This document shows, one piece after another, positions 1 to 14,484 of a DNA stretch of 64,000 bases. Within the stretch, counting starts at the first letter, position 1, and every line of letters begins with the position of its first letter. Below the pieces are notes generated by a model that searched no databases, was not told the DNA's origin, and saw only the letters and a list, made by a program, of their open reading frames with translations. This DNA comes from Paraspadella gotoi (taxonomy: Eukaryota > Animalia > Chaetognatha). Location: positions 9,487,530-9,551,529 of the forward strand of contig CM119270.1 of the NCBI GenBank assembly GCA_051294375.1, read 5' to 3'. The translations under genes and the position numbers were made by a program.

Positions 1-1742
1 AGACAAAAAAAACATTACTTTTAAATGTTTACTCGTAATTTATTGGCCTTTTTAATTCAACGGTATTTTAAAATCTCTCTCTCTTCGGCATACCTAAGCC
101 GTTTTTTTTTACTCATTTGATAATACTAAACTTTTGGATGATTTTTCTTAAAACATATTTTTTCTTGTGCATTTGTTCGTCGTCTCTACAGTAGCTCACT
201 GCCGTCGACTGTTCACGCGTTTTTCTTAAAGAACGTTCGACCGACAGCGTTGCCCTTTTTTTCGTCCTCTCTCTCTTCGCGCACGCGCGAATCACGTGTT
301 CTTGATTTTTCTTTTTCCTCGATTTTTTACTAAGCGCGTTTTTTTTCTGCGTGCAATGGCGTGTTTTCTCGCATAACCGCGTACTCGCATGCTCGCATGT
401 GCAATCGTTTGATTTCTTTCTTGCGTGTACAATAACGTTCAGTCTTTATGGCACGCGCCATTACGTTCGTGCGCTTCTCCTTTTTTTCTTCAATTTTGAT
501 CGTAACTAAACTCATTAAGAATTCAATTAAGATTAATAATTGTGTCTTTTTTTTCTTTTTTTACTTTATTTTCTTTTCCGTCACCTCGACCTCATTTTTT
601 CCGCTTCGAATGCGAATATCGCGTGCGACATCTGCCAATGTTTGATCGACGACACACAAACTGCAAGGACAAGACATCTGTCACGATTTTTTTCACGTAT
701 CAAGGCGACTTGACTAACGTTTTCTTTGTACGCATCTGAAGCGCCTGATGCTCGGCTATACTTCACGCCCCCTGCGCCACGAGCGTACGCCACACGGAGC
801 GCCACTCTTCACCCGACCCTCGTAAACTCCCGTCGCCAAATTTCTTCTCTCGTTCGTCGCAGCTTTTATTACTTTCGGCTTCGGGAAAGGCGGTTGTCAA
901 GGCGACGGGAGAGAAGCAGGAGAAAAAGTTGTTGTGGAATCACAAGGGGATTTTTCAGTTGTGGAGGGAGAGTTGGGTTGTGGATAAAATATCCACAAAA
1001 AATCGTCCCTTTTTGTCTTCATTTTTTGTCGCCAAGTTTTTGTTCAGAGCCACATGAATATCGATGGTTTCATGATTTAATTTACCAATTATTTATTTTC
1101 CTGTGCATAGCGGACTTTCACTATGACTCGGCTCGTCTCGCAAATTCCGCATCTGTTGACATCTGCTTTCGCTTTGGCCCGCACCATCGCAGCGAATCCC
1201 GCATCTCCTGGCGTCGGCCATCTCACTAATTCAGCATCTCTCAATATTCGCCTCTTTCTCTGCCCCCCATTTCTCTGCCCCCCATTTCTCTGCCCCCCAT
1301 TTCTCTCAATTATTTATCCGCTGTCTTTCTTTCCCTTCGGGATTAAGCATCTCCGGATGTCGGTGCAACGAAATGTTCGCGTTTTCCAGTATCTCCGATA
1401 GATGGCGATAGATTTTTATGTAATTTATAAGTTTGGTCGCGCTTTTTTTGGTTGGTTTGTTTCTTGGAGTCTCTTTTCAAGTTAATTTTTTTGTCTTCGC
1501 TGTTGCATGAGACATCAGTTTTCATTGCAATCCAGAGAAACTCCAGGCGGCTAATGGCACCGAATCTCACCTCAGCAAAGAAATCGTGAAACTGAAAAAA
1601 GACATTTCCCTTTTTTTTATTTTTTTATTTTTTTTTAAATTTTTTTATATCGGTGACAAACGACGTAAATAATTTTTTTTTTGTTTCTGACGGGACCCAC
1701 CGAATTTTCTTTTGGCGGGAAATACGATTTTTTTTCTCGCAG

Positions 1743-1768
1743 AAAGCGAAGGAAGGAAAAGGGTCAAG
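1743..1768 (+). other. Candidate 26-nt non-coding (5'UTR) exon, possibly of the NCX transcript
   Basis: ttttttctcgcag acceptor, consensus AAG|GTAAGT donor, then a G-rich intron start like the NCX introns. Confidence 0.4.
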
Positions 1769-2127
1769 GTAAGTGGGAGGGGAGTTGAGTGGAATTCGGT
1801 GGGGGTAAATTGGGGTAAGGAAAAGCTGATTGTGGATATTGGAGGAGGGAACGATCTAAAAGAGAACGTCGGGGGTATATTGTTATGAAATAAAGGAAGA
1901 GCGACGAAAGTGATCGGTGATAAGTGACAGATATGATGGGTTTTTGATCATTATGATGGGGAAAGCGATTGGGCGGTGATCGGAAGAGTGGAAGACGAAT
2001 TCGAGGAATAAACCAGGAATTAAACTGGAAAATTGGGCGAAATAACGGGGAACCGAAGGATTCTGGCGATTGATTTCAGACCCATCCTTCTCTCTTCTCT
2101 CTCCTCTCTCTCTTCTCTCTCTCTCTC

Positions 2128-2177
<50 letters not shown>

Positions 2178-3881
2178 CTCTCTCTCTCTCAATCCTTCAA
2201 AGCGGAGTTTCTTTTGTTGCAGCTGGTCTCTGCTCTTATCCCCTTCTTGCCCGAGATTGGTTGGAGAGCGATTCTTTTTGTTTTTTAAGTTAGAGTTTCC
2301 GGGATTTTTTTTCCCTTTCTTTTCTTTTTTTTCCTTTTCTTTATTTTCGAGTTCTTCACTTAATATTTTTTCCTCCTCTTTGATGTAATATTTTTTTCCC
2401 CTTGTAGCTAGAGATCTTCTTCTTTTTTTTCAGATGTTTGGTTCTGTTCGTTCATCTTTGTATTTCCTTTCTCTTTTTTTTCATCTGTCAATATTTTCCT
2501 CGATGCTCTTTTATTTAGGAGGGAGGGGGAGAAAAAGGCCTTTCTAATTCTTTATTTCTTTCTCTTTCCATATCTCAAGACTCGGGAATAAAATCTGGTC
2601 TTTTCTTCTTCTTTTTTTTTAATTTCTTTCTTTTTCTTTCGATAGAAATCGCTGAGTAGACGTTTCTCTTCAGTCGACGGTGGATAACGGTTCGGCCCCC
2701 GCGACCGACAGTATTGTATGTGCCCGACAGTTGTGCCCGACGGTTTTGCCCGCCCGTTTTGGCTCTCAACCGCATAGTTTGTCAAAAAAAGGAAGGAGTT
2801 AAATATCTCGAGGGAGTTTCGTCTAATCTGTCATGTATTTATAAGCGAACATTTTTTTTCCTGAATTTTTCTCTCAGACGACGGTTGTTCACATGTTTTA
2901 CATTGTTTCCTAGTTTTGATATCGATTGATATCGATTATAATTTTTGAATTACAAAGAGGCGCTGGCGTGGAATCTCAATTCGTTTTTTAGGAGTTTTTT
3001 CTAAACCTGCGAGTTAAATATAATATAGAATCAGAATGAAAAGAAAAAAGCTTCAAAAGGTTTTATAAAAATTGGTGGCGGGTTTTATTAAACGAATGAA
3101 TGAAAATTCATTCATTCAATTTAGTTCAAAATTATGGCTTAAAATAGGGACCAACTCCAAAGATAAAATAAAATTTCGACTATTAGCAAAGTATTTTTAG
3201 TTGTCTTGACTAAATATTATATTATATATTATATATATTACTTGTCTTTTTTTACATTCTAAATTTTTTTTTGAAATCTTAAAATTTTTCGATGGATTCT
3301 GATAGAGCATAAAAAGTTAAACAAGAAATATAGTTACAGCTTTTAAAAATTCTTACATTTTCTATGTTAAAATATAAAAAACTGATAAAATCATCGAAAG
3401 ATGATGATGATGATGATGATTTTTTACGGTTTTTCTTATTTTTGACTCACTTATCATGAAAATATTTAAAAAAGAAATATACTTTGTATGAGCTATCTGA
3501 ATCTGGTATTAAAATTTAAAAATTATCCCAAAAAGATTTGACCTTTCCTATTTATAAATAAATATTAAAAAATTAATTATTTGGGTATAGAGCCACATAA
3601 GAAATGTTTTGTCCATTGAAAGTATACTTCAAAATGTATAAATTTTTGTTTGAGCATGTAATCATTCTAAATTTTTGACTCACCTCATTGAGTGGGACTA
3701 CCCCTACTTAAAACTAGGCTCCTTTGTTTATATTCAAACAAGAAATCTGGTGGAAATATTAAGACAATAAAAAACAGATATTATGCTTTTGTGATCATCT
3801 CAACGCGACAGACCGGAAAGCGGAACGCAAGAATTGGGTGGGGAAGGAAAGAGCTGAAGCGAGAGCAATATCGGTCCTTTT

Positions 3882-3926
<45 letters not shown>

Positions 3927-4572
3927 GGCTTGCTTTCTTTTTTTCTTTATTTCTTTTTTTCTTTATTTCTTTTTTTCTTTTTTTCTTTCTTTCTTTCTTT
4001 CTTTGCTTGCTCTCTCTCTCTTTTTCTACTCCTCATTTCTGGTCGGGCTGAGACGAGAAAATATCTTCTGTGCCTCACCCGAAAAATTTCTTCTCATATT
4101 TGGGCGATTACGCAGATTCCCCATCGCTCTCGTCTCTCTCATCTGTCTCTCTCTCTCTCTCGTGCTCTCTCTCATCTCGTCGTCTCTCATCTCTCTTCTG
4201 ATCCAGACATCGGTATAGTCAATATTGTACGTGGCCACCACTCGTCTTTTGTGCCCCTTTTCTTGGCTTCTATTTTTTCTTTTTTGGCTTTTGTCTTTAT
4301 TTTTATTTATCTTTTTCTTTTTATTAGATTTTACTTTTTTTTTCTTTCTTCCCTGTTATCCGAATATCTTTTCCTCTATTTGGTTTTACTCTTTTTTTGG
4401 GATATCGACCCATCTCGACTTCTCTGGATTTTTTTTTCTTTTTGACTACGGACTTTCAAAAACCTCGCCGAGAATAAAATACTGGAATCTTTTCGACTTT
4501 TTTGCTGTTATTTTGATGAAATTTTAGCCGCTTTTACTGACTAAAAAGCTACAAACGAACTATTATTGTTCC

Positions 4573-4959
4573 ATAGTTGCGCAGTGAGTACTCGCGGAGC
4601 AACTCTATATGTAAGTTTTTGGTCGGTCCGTCCGTCTGTCGGTCTGTCGGTATGTTAGTCCGTTTAAAATGCATATAAAAAAAAAATATTTAAAATGGCC
4701 TCCATTTTTGTGCCAATAAAATAAATCTTAAAACTTTTTTACATTTTTATGATCTCCAATAGACACTTTACCTGAATATATAACAGACTTTTCCTAGTTT
4801 CAAACTATAATATATATATATAATAATAATAAACTATTTTTATTTGCGCCGCGCGTATTCGCGGATCAACTCTCTTTTCGGTTGGTCTGTCGGTCGTTCA
4901 GTCCGTAGGTCTGTCCTACTTAGATTAAAAATGTCGGTTACTCTGCATTTTGTTTAAGA
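4573..4959 (+). mobile_element. Helentron-associated (HINE/DINE-1-like) non-autonomous element, running into the gap
   Basis: TAGTTGCG...GCAACTCTAT short inverted repeat followed by a GTCG/GTCC/GTCT microsatellite. The motif recurs at about 4845-4915. Confidence 0.55.
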
Positions 4960-5420
4960 NNNNNNNNNNNNNNNNNNNNNNNNNNNNNNNNNNNNNNNNN
5001 NNNNNNNNNNNNNNNNNNNNNNNNNNNNNNNNNNNNNNNNNNNNNNNNNNNNNNNNNNNNNNNNNNNNNNNNNNNNNNNNNNNNNNNNNNNNNNNNNNNN
5101 NNNNNNNNNNNNNNNNNNNNNNNNNNNNNNNNNNNNNNNNNNNNNNNNNNNNNNNNNNNNNNNNNNNNNNNNNNNNNNNNNNNNNNNNNNNNNNNNNNNN
5201 NNNNNNNNNNNNNNNNNNNNNNNNNNNNNNNNNNNNNNNNNNNNNNNNNNNNNNNNNNNNNNNNNNNNNNNNNNNNNNNNNNNNNNNNNNNNNNNNNNNN
5301 NNNNNNNNNNNNNNNNNNNNNNNNNNNNNNNNNNNNNNNNNNNNNNNNNNNNNNNNNNNNNNNNNNNNNNNNNNNNNNNNNNNNNNNNNNNNNNNNNNNN
5401 NNNNNNNNNNNNNNNNNNNN
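4960..5420. other. Assembly gap (461 N)
   Basis: Run of N. Confidence 1.
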
Positions 5421-7258
5421 GATTTGACTACCAAAAAATCATCATCTTCGTATTGCAGCGTTATTTCTTGATCCAATCCGCGTTCACGTCGAACACTAAC
5501 CTCAGAGTCATTTCCCTTCTTTGCTTAAAAACTGCTGACAGTAAAACCAAAGCCTAATTCGTTAATCCTTTTGATTCCGAACTGACGTAAAACTCTTGGC
5601 CTCAATCCAAACCCAGAATCGGCTTTAATATGGCTTGCAATTCGAGTCTTAATTCCATATAGAGAACTCTCTCTCTCTCTCTCTCTTTCCCTCTCTCTCT
5701 GGAGATCTCTTTCTCTCTCTTCTCTCTCTCTCTCTGTCCTCAGCCGACGAATCCGCCCGGGATGGAATAATCTGCATGGAATCCCTTGGTCCAGAATCGC
5801 TTCCAGAAGACATTTGACGTTTCCCGAGATTCAATGGAACCAGTTTACAGAATAGGCTCGCGACGGATTTTTGTTTTTTTATTCTTGAGTGAGAAAGAGA
5901 CTCAGAAAGTGGGAGCGGAGCGTGTAGAGAAAGAGAGGAGAGAAACGGAGCGGTGCGAGACCTGAGTCGAGCGCGAGAGAGAGAGACGTGGAGAGAGAGC
6001 AGGAGGAGATACAGACGGACTCTGCTAGTAGAGAAGGATCCGAGATGAGGAGGGGTCGATGCTTTGGGTGGCGATTAACAGAAATGCAATGTAATGCAAT
6101 GGCTAAAAAATAGTTGCTTCTTTTATTCGTCCTTCTTCTTCTATCCCTTTCTTTTTTTCCTTTTTTATTTTTCTTCTCAATTTTTCGACTTTTTATCTTT
6201 CGCTCTCCTTTTTCTTCCTTTTTTTAGCCAGGATAATCGCTATTTCGTCCCATTCCGCTTTCGCCTTTTTCGCCTCTTTAGGTTTTTTTTTTTTTACTTT
6301 TAATTTTTTTTAATCTTCACTTTTATTTTCTTCTCTCCTTTTTCTTCTCTTTCATCCTTTTTTTCTTCCTATACTTTTTTCTCTCCTTTCCTTTTATTAT
6401 ATTTTAATGTCTATTTCTTCTTCTTTTCCAACCTGTTCTCGTTTTCTCTTAAAATAAACTGTCTCAGCTTTCACTCTTTTCCTTTCTCCCCTCCTTTGTT
6501 CCCTTTCCTTTTTTCCACTTCGTGCTCCCTCTCCTATATCATCTCCTGGTTCGAGATTTTCAACAATGGCGGCTGTTTTTGCCGCAGTCACAAAACGACC
6601 CGAAGCTGCTTTTTCTCGCTGCTGCTGGCACCGCTGCGAATGTTGCTGCCGAGACTGCTAAAGCGACTGCATCGGCGACCGATTCCGGGTCGTAGACCGC
6701 CGGCGGCGCCTTTTATGTAGGGTTTCTCTCCTTTCCTTTTCATTCCCTTTCCTTTTCATTCCTTTCCTTCCCATTTCTTTCGGCGAGGAGGTTTTTTGGC
6801 GTCAACGCGCGAAGGGGCGTGGCTATGGACCGTGCCAAGCCGATGCGGCGCCAAAAAACTATGTTGGATTATGGTTAAAGTATGTAATGTAACCTATGCA
6901 CCTAACTGAGCGTATTATGCTTGTTTCAAAGTTATAATTAAATCCAAAAAATTGTTTTGCGGTTTCTTCAATAAATATTATTGTATTTACTTTAATTAAA
7001 AACGAAAATTTTCGTGGAACAACAATAAAGTTTTTTATTAACTTTGGACATGTTTCGGCTTACAACATAAATATCACTGATATTTTAAAATCGTTTTCCA
7101 TTTTAGAACAGACTTTATTCAAGCGATGGCTCAAGAGTAAATTGGAGCGTGTCATAGCTAATTCCATATTAAGCGGTAATTAATAGATGTGGAAGATTAA
7201 TTTAGCCGGTTGCGGCAACGACGAAGACGACAACGAATATAAAAAAGACTTTTAACCC

Positions 7259-8408
7259 ATATCGTCTAAAGCGAAGATCTCCACTCGCTTTTCAACCGAT
7301 ATAGTGATTAACTTTCGGTTTTCGTTCTCTAAGTTAAGACTGACGTTATATATGAAATTGGTACAACCAATATAAAAATTATCCATTCATTTAATAAATA
7401 AGCTATCTTGCCCCTGACTTTGGACAGGCTTACATGGTGACAATTTTACAAGCGCCGGTAGAAATACCCTGTCATTTGCAAACCAGTGGTTATTTCATTG
7501 ATTTTAAAATTTAGTTGAGTAAAAAATACTAAAACTATTTATGTGTTAAAATTTTATATTGATCAGTTAAGATATGCCTTGACAATGAGTGGAGAAAGTT
7601 GGCTTGTAAAATCGGGTTTCATTTTCCAATTCACTTTTTTTAGATACATTTTTTTTTCTTACTTTCAGTAAATTTTTTTAAAAAATTTGAAATAAAATAA
7701 TATTAATTTTATTATCTTCTGAAAGCCCTTTCAAATTTAAAAAGAATGACGTACTTACAAATACTGTAGTATTTAATTTAATTTAAATTAACTGGCCCAG
7801 CTTTAATTTAATTAGGATACTCAAAAACGAGATATCTTTTTAAAAATCAATAGCTGGAGAGTAAATTTATGATATTTATCAAATTATGATTGGCTATCTT
7901 AAATCCTTTTTTCTCAGGCTCTTTCATGATACTTATATAAATAATAATATTTAAAATTTTAAATAATTTACTTTTGATACTCTTAATTGAACCAAGGCTG
8001 GGCAGCTCACTTTTTATGTTAGAGCTTTCCTAAGTATATCATTCTCTCCATATTTTTAAGGGCTTTCTGAGGATATTAATATTGTTAATATTTTAATAAA
8101 TATTTTGTTTAAAAAAGCGCTAAAATTTAAAAAAAGAATTGAATTTAAAAACAGTGAGTTGGAAAATGAAACCTGTCAAGGCATATCTTAACTGATGAAT
8201 ATTAAATTTTATATTTTATTTGTATTTCATTTCTTTTATTTATTTTATTTTTATTAAATTTTGTATTTTTTACTCAACTAATTTTTAAAATCAATAAAAT
8301 TACTACTGGTTAACAAATGACAGCATATTTCTACCGGCGCTTGTAAAATTGTCACCATGTATATATATTGGTTGAAGAGCGAGTGGAGATCCTCGCTTGA
8401 GACGAAAT
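7259..8408. mobile_element. Outer ~45-bp inverted repeat pair enclosing the foldback element (nested or composite element)
   Basis: CGTCTAAAGCGAAGATCTCCACTCGCTTTTCAACCGATATA at the left versus TATATTGGTTGAAGAGCGAGTGGAGATCCTCGCTTGAGACG at the right. Confidence 0.7.
7431..8361. mobile_element. Foldback/MITE-like element, nearly whole-length imperfect palindrome with TA at both ends
   Basis: TACATGGTGACAATTTTACAAGCGCCGGTAGAAATA at the left end is the exact reverse complement of the right end. Colinear inverted similarity continues inward for several hundred bp. Confidence 0.85.
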
Positions 8409-8653
8409 ATTAATCACATAAAGCGCTAAATGGGGATTAGAGCGCTATCCGCAACTTTTTTAACCTCCTCTAGCAGCCATGAGGGTTTTCCACGCCCCCA
8501 ATACGCCTTACGGCCGTCCTCACGCTTCCCGCAGTGAACCCGGTACCTAGTGGTCATGGCTTTATTCAATGAGCCACCGGGTCACGACTGAAGGCGTCAT
8601 GCTTATAGGCGGGGTGAACTTATGCAATGCGCGACAACATATATATATATTAA

Positions 8654-9258
8654 GGCGTATTAAAATTTCTAAATTTAACTTTAATTAAAATTCTAAAAGT
8701 GAGGAACGAACAACATTATATTAATGAACATTTATGTAATAAAAAAATTTATAATAAATTTTACAATTTACGCAGTAGGCCATATTTATACTAGTACTAA
8801 ATCAATAAATGTTAAAATTTCAAAACAGTTTTTTCTAAGATTTTTTTGCAGATTTGGATTCGTCATAAAAAGTTGATAAAAAGAAATATAACTCTTTTTG
8901 AAAAATTCCTTCATTAAGTGGCTCAAAAATTAAAAAAAGCTATATTATAGCTGAAAATTAACTTTTTATATATTAAATATAGTTTTCTTAATTTTTAACC
9001 CACTTAATGAAAGAATTTTTAAAAATGATTTATATTTTCTTTTATCAACTTTTGACGAGGAATTCAAATCTGCAATCAAAATTAAGATAAGCTTATTTTG
9101 AAATTTTTCGATTTTATAAGGATAGTACTATATATAAATATAGCCTACTGCGAAAATTAAAAAACATAAAATTAATTTTTTTTACAAATTAATGTTCACT
9201 GATGGTATGTTGTTCATAATTGACTTTTAGAATTTTCGTATGTAACTTTCACTACGCC
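8654..9258. mobile_element. Palindromic non-autonomous DNA transposon with TTAA flanks and GG...CC termini (Kolobok-like)
   Basis: TTAA|GGCGTA...TACGCC|TTAA. Internal inverted matches include CGCAGTAGGC/GCCTACTGCG, TTGCAGATTTG/CAAATCTGCAA and TTCATTAAGTGG/CCACTTAATGAA. Confidence 0.8.
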
Positions 9259-9517
9259 TTAATATATATATATTTCCAGAATCCCAAAAAGAAAATCAAA
9301 CCTGAGGACGAGAGTTGAGTTGAGTTTCACCATCATTTTATTAGAGAACATAATCTATTGAGTATTGACCGTAGCATTCGGATATCGCGAGTCCTCAAAA
9401 TCATGTGAATTCCCTTCGTTGTCACGTGATTCGCTGAAGAACGAATCCGAGAAAGTTGAGAGTTGGGACACAAGAGGAAAAGGTCAGAGAGCGCACGGAC
9501 CATGACCGATATATTTG

Positions 9518-9802
<285 letters not shown>

Positions 9803-11074
9803 TTCCTTTTCTCGTTCGGATTCTGGCTCACGTCTCTTATCTTTTGCGGCATTTTTAAAGTCGTTCTTGTGATTGTGACTGTTTTTTATCACAAAAAACT
9901 TAGTCACTGTTTCGGTCATATTTTTGGATTAAATTATACATATTTTGGGAGGTCACCGCAATATGCTTGTTTTGATGAAAAAAAATGAAGTAAAAACTAA
10001 TTGTACTAAAAAAAATGTTCTGTAAATTAGTTTCTAAATATATTTGTAAAATTATTCAAATATTACTAACTAACCTTAATTTCGATTACTATCGCAATTA
10101 CGATCAGCTCTATATGTTTCAATATAACGTTTGCGAAGATCAAACCTTTGCCGAAGGTAGATTTTTCTTTTCGGGTATATCTTTCTATTAACCCATTAAC
10201 ATATCTGTCCGTCCATTTGTCCATCCATCCGTTCCCCGTCCATTCGAAGGACGATTTAAATGGAACAAGGAAGGCGCGGTAAAAGCTTTCGACTACATTT
10301 ATCGCAATTGCGTCGTCGGAGAGCGTTGGCTTCTTCCTTCAGCGTCGGCTGCCGTCGGCGCTGTTGTTTGCTGCCGCGGTAGCGGTAGCGGCGGGAAATG
10401 GAATATTCCCTCCGTCAATTATCGAGGGCGAATTTTGAAGCTGACGAGAATTTTTAAAGATATTAAAAAAGGAGTAAAATATTAAGAGGAGGAAGGAAGA
10501 GAAAGATCGAAATTGAAGAGCGATCGAATTTACAGAATGTAGAGGAAGAGAAGCGGCCTACTGACTTGACAGCACGTCAAGTCAACCTTGACTCATCCAT
10601 TTATTTGGGCGAAGCTTCATAAATCCCAGATAACTCTTTTTATGAGCATCATAAACGCCAGTTCGAACTTGCTCCTGTCTCTACTACATGTCTCCATCTC
10701 CATCTCGCTGTTACATCTTCTACCCATTCTCGCTTCTCTTTTTCTTCCCATTTTTATCCTTTATTACCTTTTTACTTTTCTTTTTTTTCCTTTTTCTCTT
10801 TTCTTTCTTTTCTCTTCTCTTTCCCGATAACGCGTTGTTTTGTTTATGCTTTAGTAGGAACATTTAACCAGCTGTTTTGCCAGAGTACACCGGGACCGCT
10901 TTCATTCTCGCGTAGAATAGTCATCGTCTCGGGAACAGTTTATGCAAACAACCATTAAAAAAAAACCAGTCGTCTGCATAGAAATGAAAACTTCATCCGA
11001 GTGTAGAAGCAATATTTTTCCTCCGTGTTTGGAATTTAGTTTCCATCATTACAACGGCTTACATATTACATCTT

Positions 11075-11154
<80 letters not shown>

Positions 11155-11484
11155 TTTTTTTTTCTTCTCTCGCCCTACCCAACCTTTGTCTCTATTATTT
11201 AGTTTTCTTTCTCTTACATACCATTCCACAAAAAAACGGGCCAACCGCCACGTTTTCAACTTGTTTTAATTTTTTTTCCTTCTCTCATTTTTTGTTTTTT
11301 TGTTGCTGCTGAACTCGATTTTTTTTTCGACGGTAAAAACAGTTCGACGTCGAGAAAAATCTCGCGAGCTCAGTTTTTTTTCTTTCGCAAACCAATTTTC
11401 AGAGCAAATGTAACGTAAAATTAAACGAGAATATTATATCATCCTAGTTTTTAGGAAAACCGTTGTCCTTAACCGTTTTCCTTA

Positions 11485-11593
<109 letters not shown>

Positions 11594-11863
11594 TCTCTTT
11601 TTCCTCGTTGTTTGACGATTCGCACGTGCCGATGGCGTTTTTCGCGTGCACGGAGATAATCGCACGGAGCGCCCCCTTTGTAGATTTCTTTTCGTGCATC
11701 GAGCGTGTAATTCTTCCTGTCGAACCGAAGGCGAAGACGATGAAGGAAAAAAAAGGGAAAAAAGGATGAAGAGATTAATTCCTTTATTTAACTCGTTCTC
11801 CACTTGAACTTCCCACTCCACTCCCTCGTTCGTCAATCAAACAAAGATGGCGGATTGACTTCT

Positions 11864-11910
<47 letters not shown>

Positions 11911-12110
11911 ATTAACTAGTCCGGGACATTTCTTTCTCCCCATTTTTTGTTTGGTTTTTCGCCACTCAAACTTTAATATTAATGGAGCAGCGAGCAAGTC
12001 GCGCGTCTATGTTTCTTTAACAAATTTTTGCTTCTTTCCTGGCAAGGGATTGTTATGAATTATAGAACAAAAATTCTTTATCTTATTTCTTTTCCTTTTT
12101 TTCTAATGCT

Positions 12111-12159
<49 letters not shown>

Positions 12160-12172
12160 CCCTCCTCTCCCT

Positions 12173-12212
<40 letters not shown>

Positions 12213-13202
12213 TCTCCTTCCGTCTCGAAAACTGTCATGAGTAATTTTTTTCTTTTTAAACTGATGAAGACGAATTGATGCGCGATTTTTAATATTTTGA
12301 AAATCGTCGATTGCGATTTGGGATTGAAGATATTAAACGTGAACGTTTTCAACTCATCATTAACCTCCCCCCCCCCCGCCGCCGCCCTCTCGCATTTCAC
12401 CGATATATATTACTTAACCAAAACACCCTAAAATTTGCTATTAAACAATATTGATAAAGAGCTTTTTGAAAACAACGGAGTTCAAAAATAAAAAAATAAA
12501 AAATTAGAAAATAAAAGCAGGAGAAAGAGGGGGTCTCCCCTCAGCCCCGCCGCCCCTACAAGAGGCCCCACGCTAATCCCTCTTCTCATTAATCTCAATG
12601 ATATCTCATCGCAGCCCATCATCTGTCGAACGAGCCAATGCGACGTTGCGTCGTGGAGTTGGGTTGTGTCACGTTGCTTTTTTTCGCGCTGCGTAACATT
12701 TGTTACGTTGGGTTTTTGTCGTTCGATCGCAGAATACTTGTCGCCTTGCATAATGGCTTTGCATTGTAAATTTTTTCGCAGCATTAATTTGTGTTAATGC
12801 ATAGCTTTGGGGTGACTATTCTGTGAGAGAACGACGTTCGAGTTTTGACTAGTAAAGAAATTATGACATTCTAAGTCAAGCAAACGCCCGACATAATTAT
12901 TGTCAGGGGAGTTATCAACAAGATAAATGCTTTCTCAACAATTTCGTTTTATTCAATATGATAAACTTAACTTTATTTTCTCATTTGACTGATCTTAATC
13001 AAGAAAAAAAATGTTCTATATTAATAATTTTGGGTCTAAATACAAAGCACACTTATTCGGATACAGAGTGATGTATGTATTAAAATCAAAAGTTTATGAC
13101 TCGTGAGATATTGCCTCTTCTTCCGACGTGTGAATGCCTGAGTGAGTCATTCGGCGTTTCACGAATGCTTTCACTCATCGTGAGTCATTCTTTTTTTCTC
13201 TA

Positions 13203-13318
<116 letters not shown>

Positions 13319-13905
13319 ACTTTCTCTCAGTCTATCCCACACCCTCTCTCTCTTTCTTTACCCCCACGCACCCAGAGCTCTCGATCGGGGCCACAGAATC
13401 CCAATTAATCTCGGCCCCGCGGTGATGCGCCCCATGGGGGTCAGTTATTGAATGATGAGAAGGATGGTGGTGACCCCACCCCATCCCATGGTTAGGGTAA
13501 AGGGTCAGTTTCGGGGACGACTCTGAGCAGCTTCCTTAAATATAGGGATATATAGGGATATATAATATATAGGGAAGCATAAATCAAAGTAATTATTATT
13601 TATATATGAAGTAAAATCCTGAGAAAAGAAAAGAGAACATAAGATTCTTTGTAGTGAAGAAAGTATCGAGAAGGAAGGGTGAGGAAGATGGAAAGTAAGT
13701 TCATCTGAAAAGAAGAAGAAACGAGGATCGGTGGTAAGGAAATCGAGTGGGCGAGAGGAAGGTAGGAATGGTGGAGAAATAAAAGGGAAGCCTCACTCCC
13801 TCTGGATTTCAAATCGAATGTTGCATCGTTGAGGGGAGAAGGGATTGAGGTACATTGAGGTTCAGTCGTTTCAATTTCAAAGATAAGACCACGCCTTCTC
13901 ACTTT

Positions 13906-13992
<87 letters not shown>

Positions 13993-14484
13993 CTCTCGCT
14001 CTCTCTCTCTCTCTTCTCTCTCTCTTTCTCTCCTCTCTCTCTCTTTTCTCTCTCTCTCTCTGTTTCTCTTTCTTTCCTTCACTGGCCTCGCATTTTCTCG
14101 ACGGACCATGTAGCCTTTTATTATATCACTATATTGCATTTTCTTCCTTTTTTATTAGTATTTCATCAAAAATTTTTAAACGGAAAATACATATTGCTTT
14201 TTTTCATTTATTTTTTAACTTACCTATTTTCCAAATATTTTTCACTGCGTACGATACTTGCCAATATTAAGATTAAGATTAAGATTAAGATTAAGATTAA
14301 GATTAAGATTAAGATTACAGTGTAATAATTATTTTCCTTTTTATCATTGAGTCGTAGTTCTAAAAAAAAATTAGAGAAAGGCGAGAAAGTAGACAGGAAC
14401 AGAAGGAAAGAAAGAGAATAAAGAAGATAAGAAAGAGAAAAAGAAAGATGATAAAAATGATAAATATAAGTGTAAACAAAATAT

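Noticed and set aside
726-1401. ORFs of 167 and 92 aa at the window start
   Set aside because: No recognisable domain, low complexity, and they include a 15-bp tandem repeat.
4925-5476. Long ORFs spanning X runs
   Set aside because: They are artefacts of the N gap.
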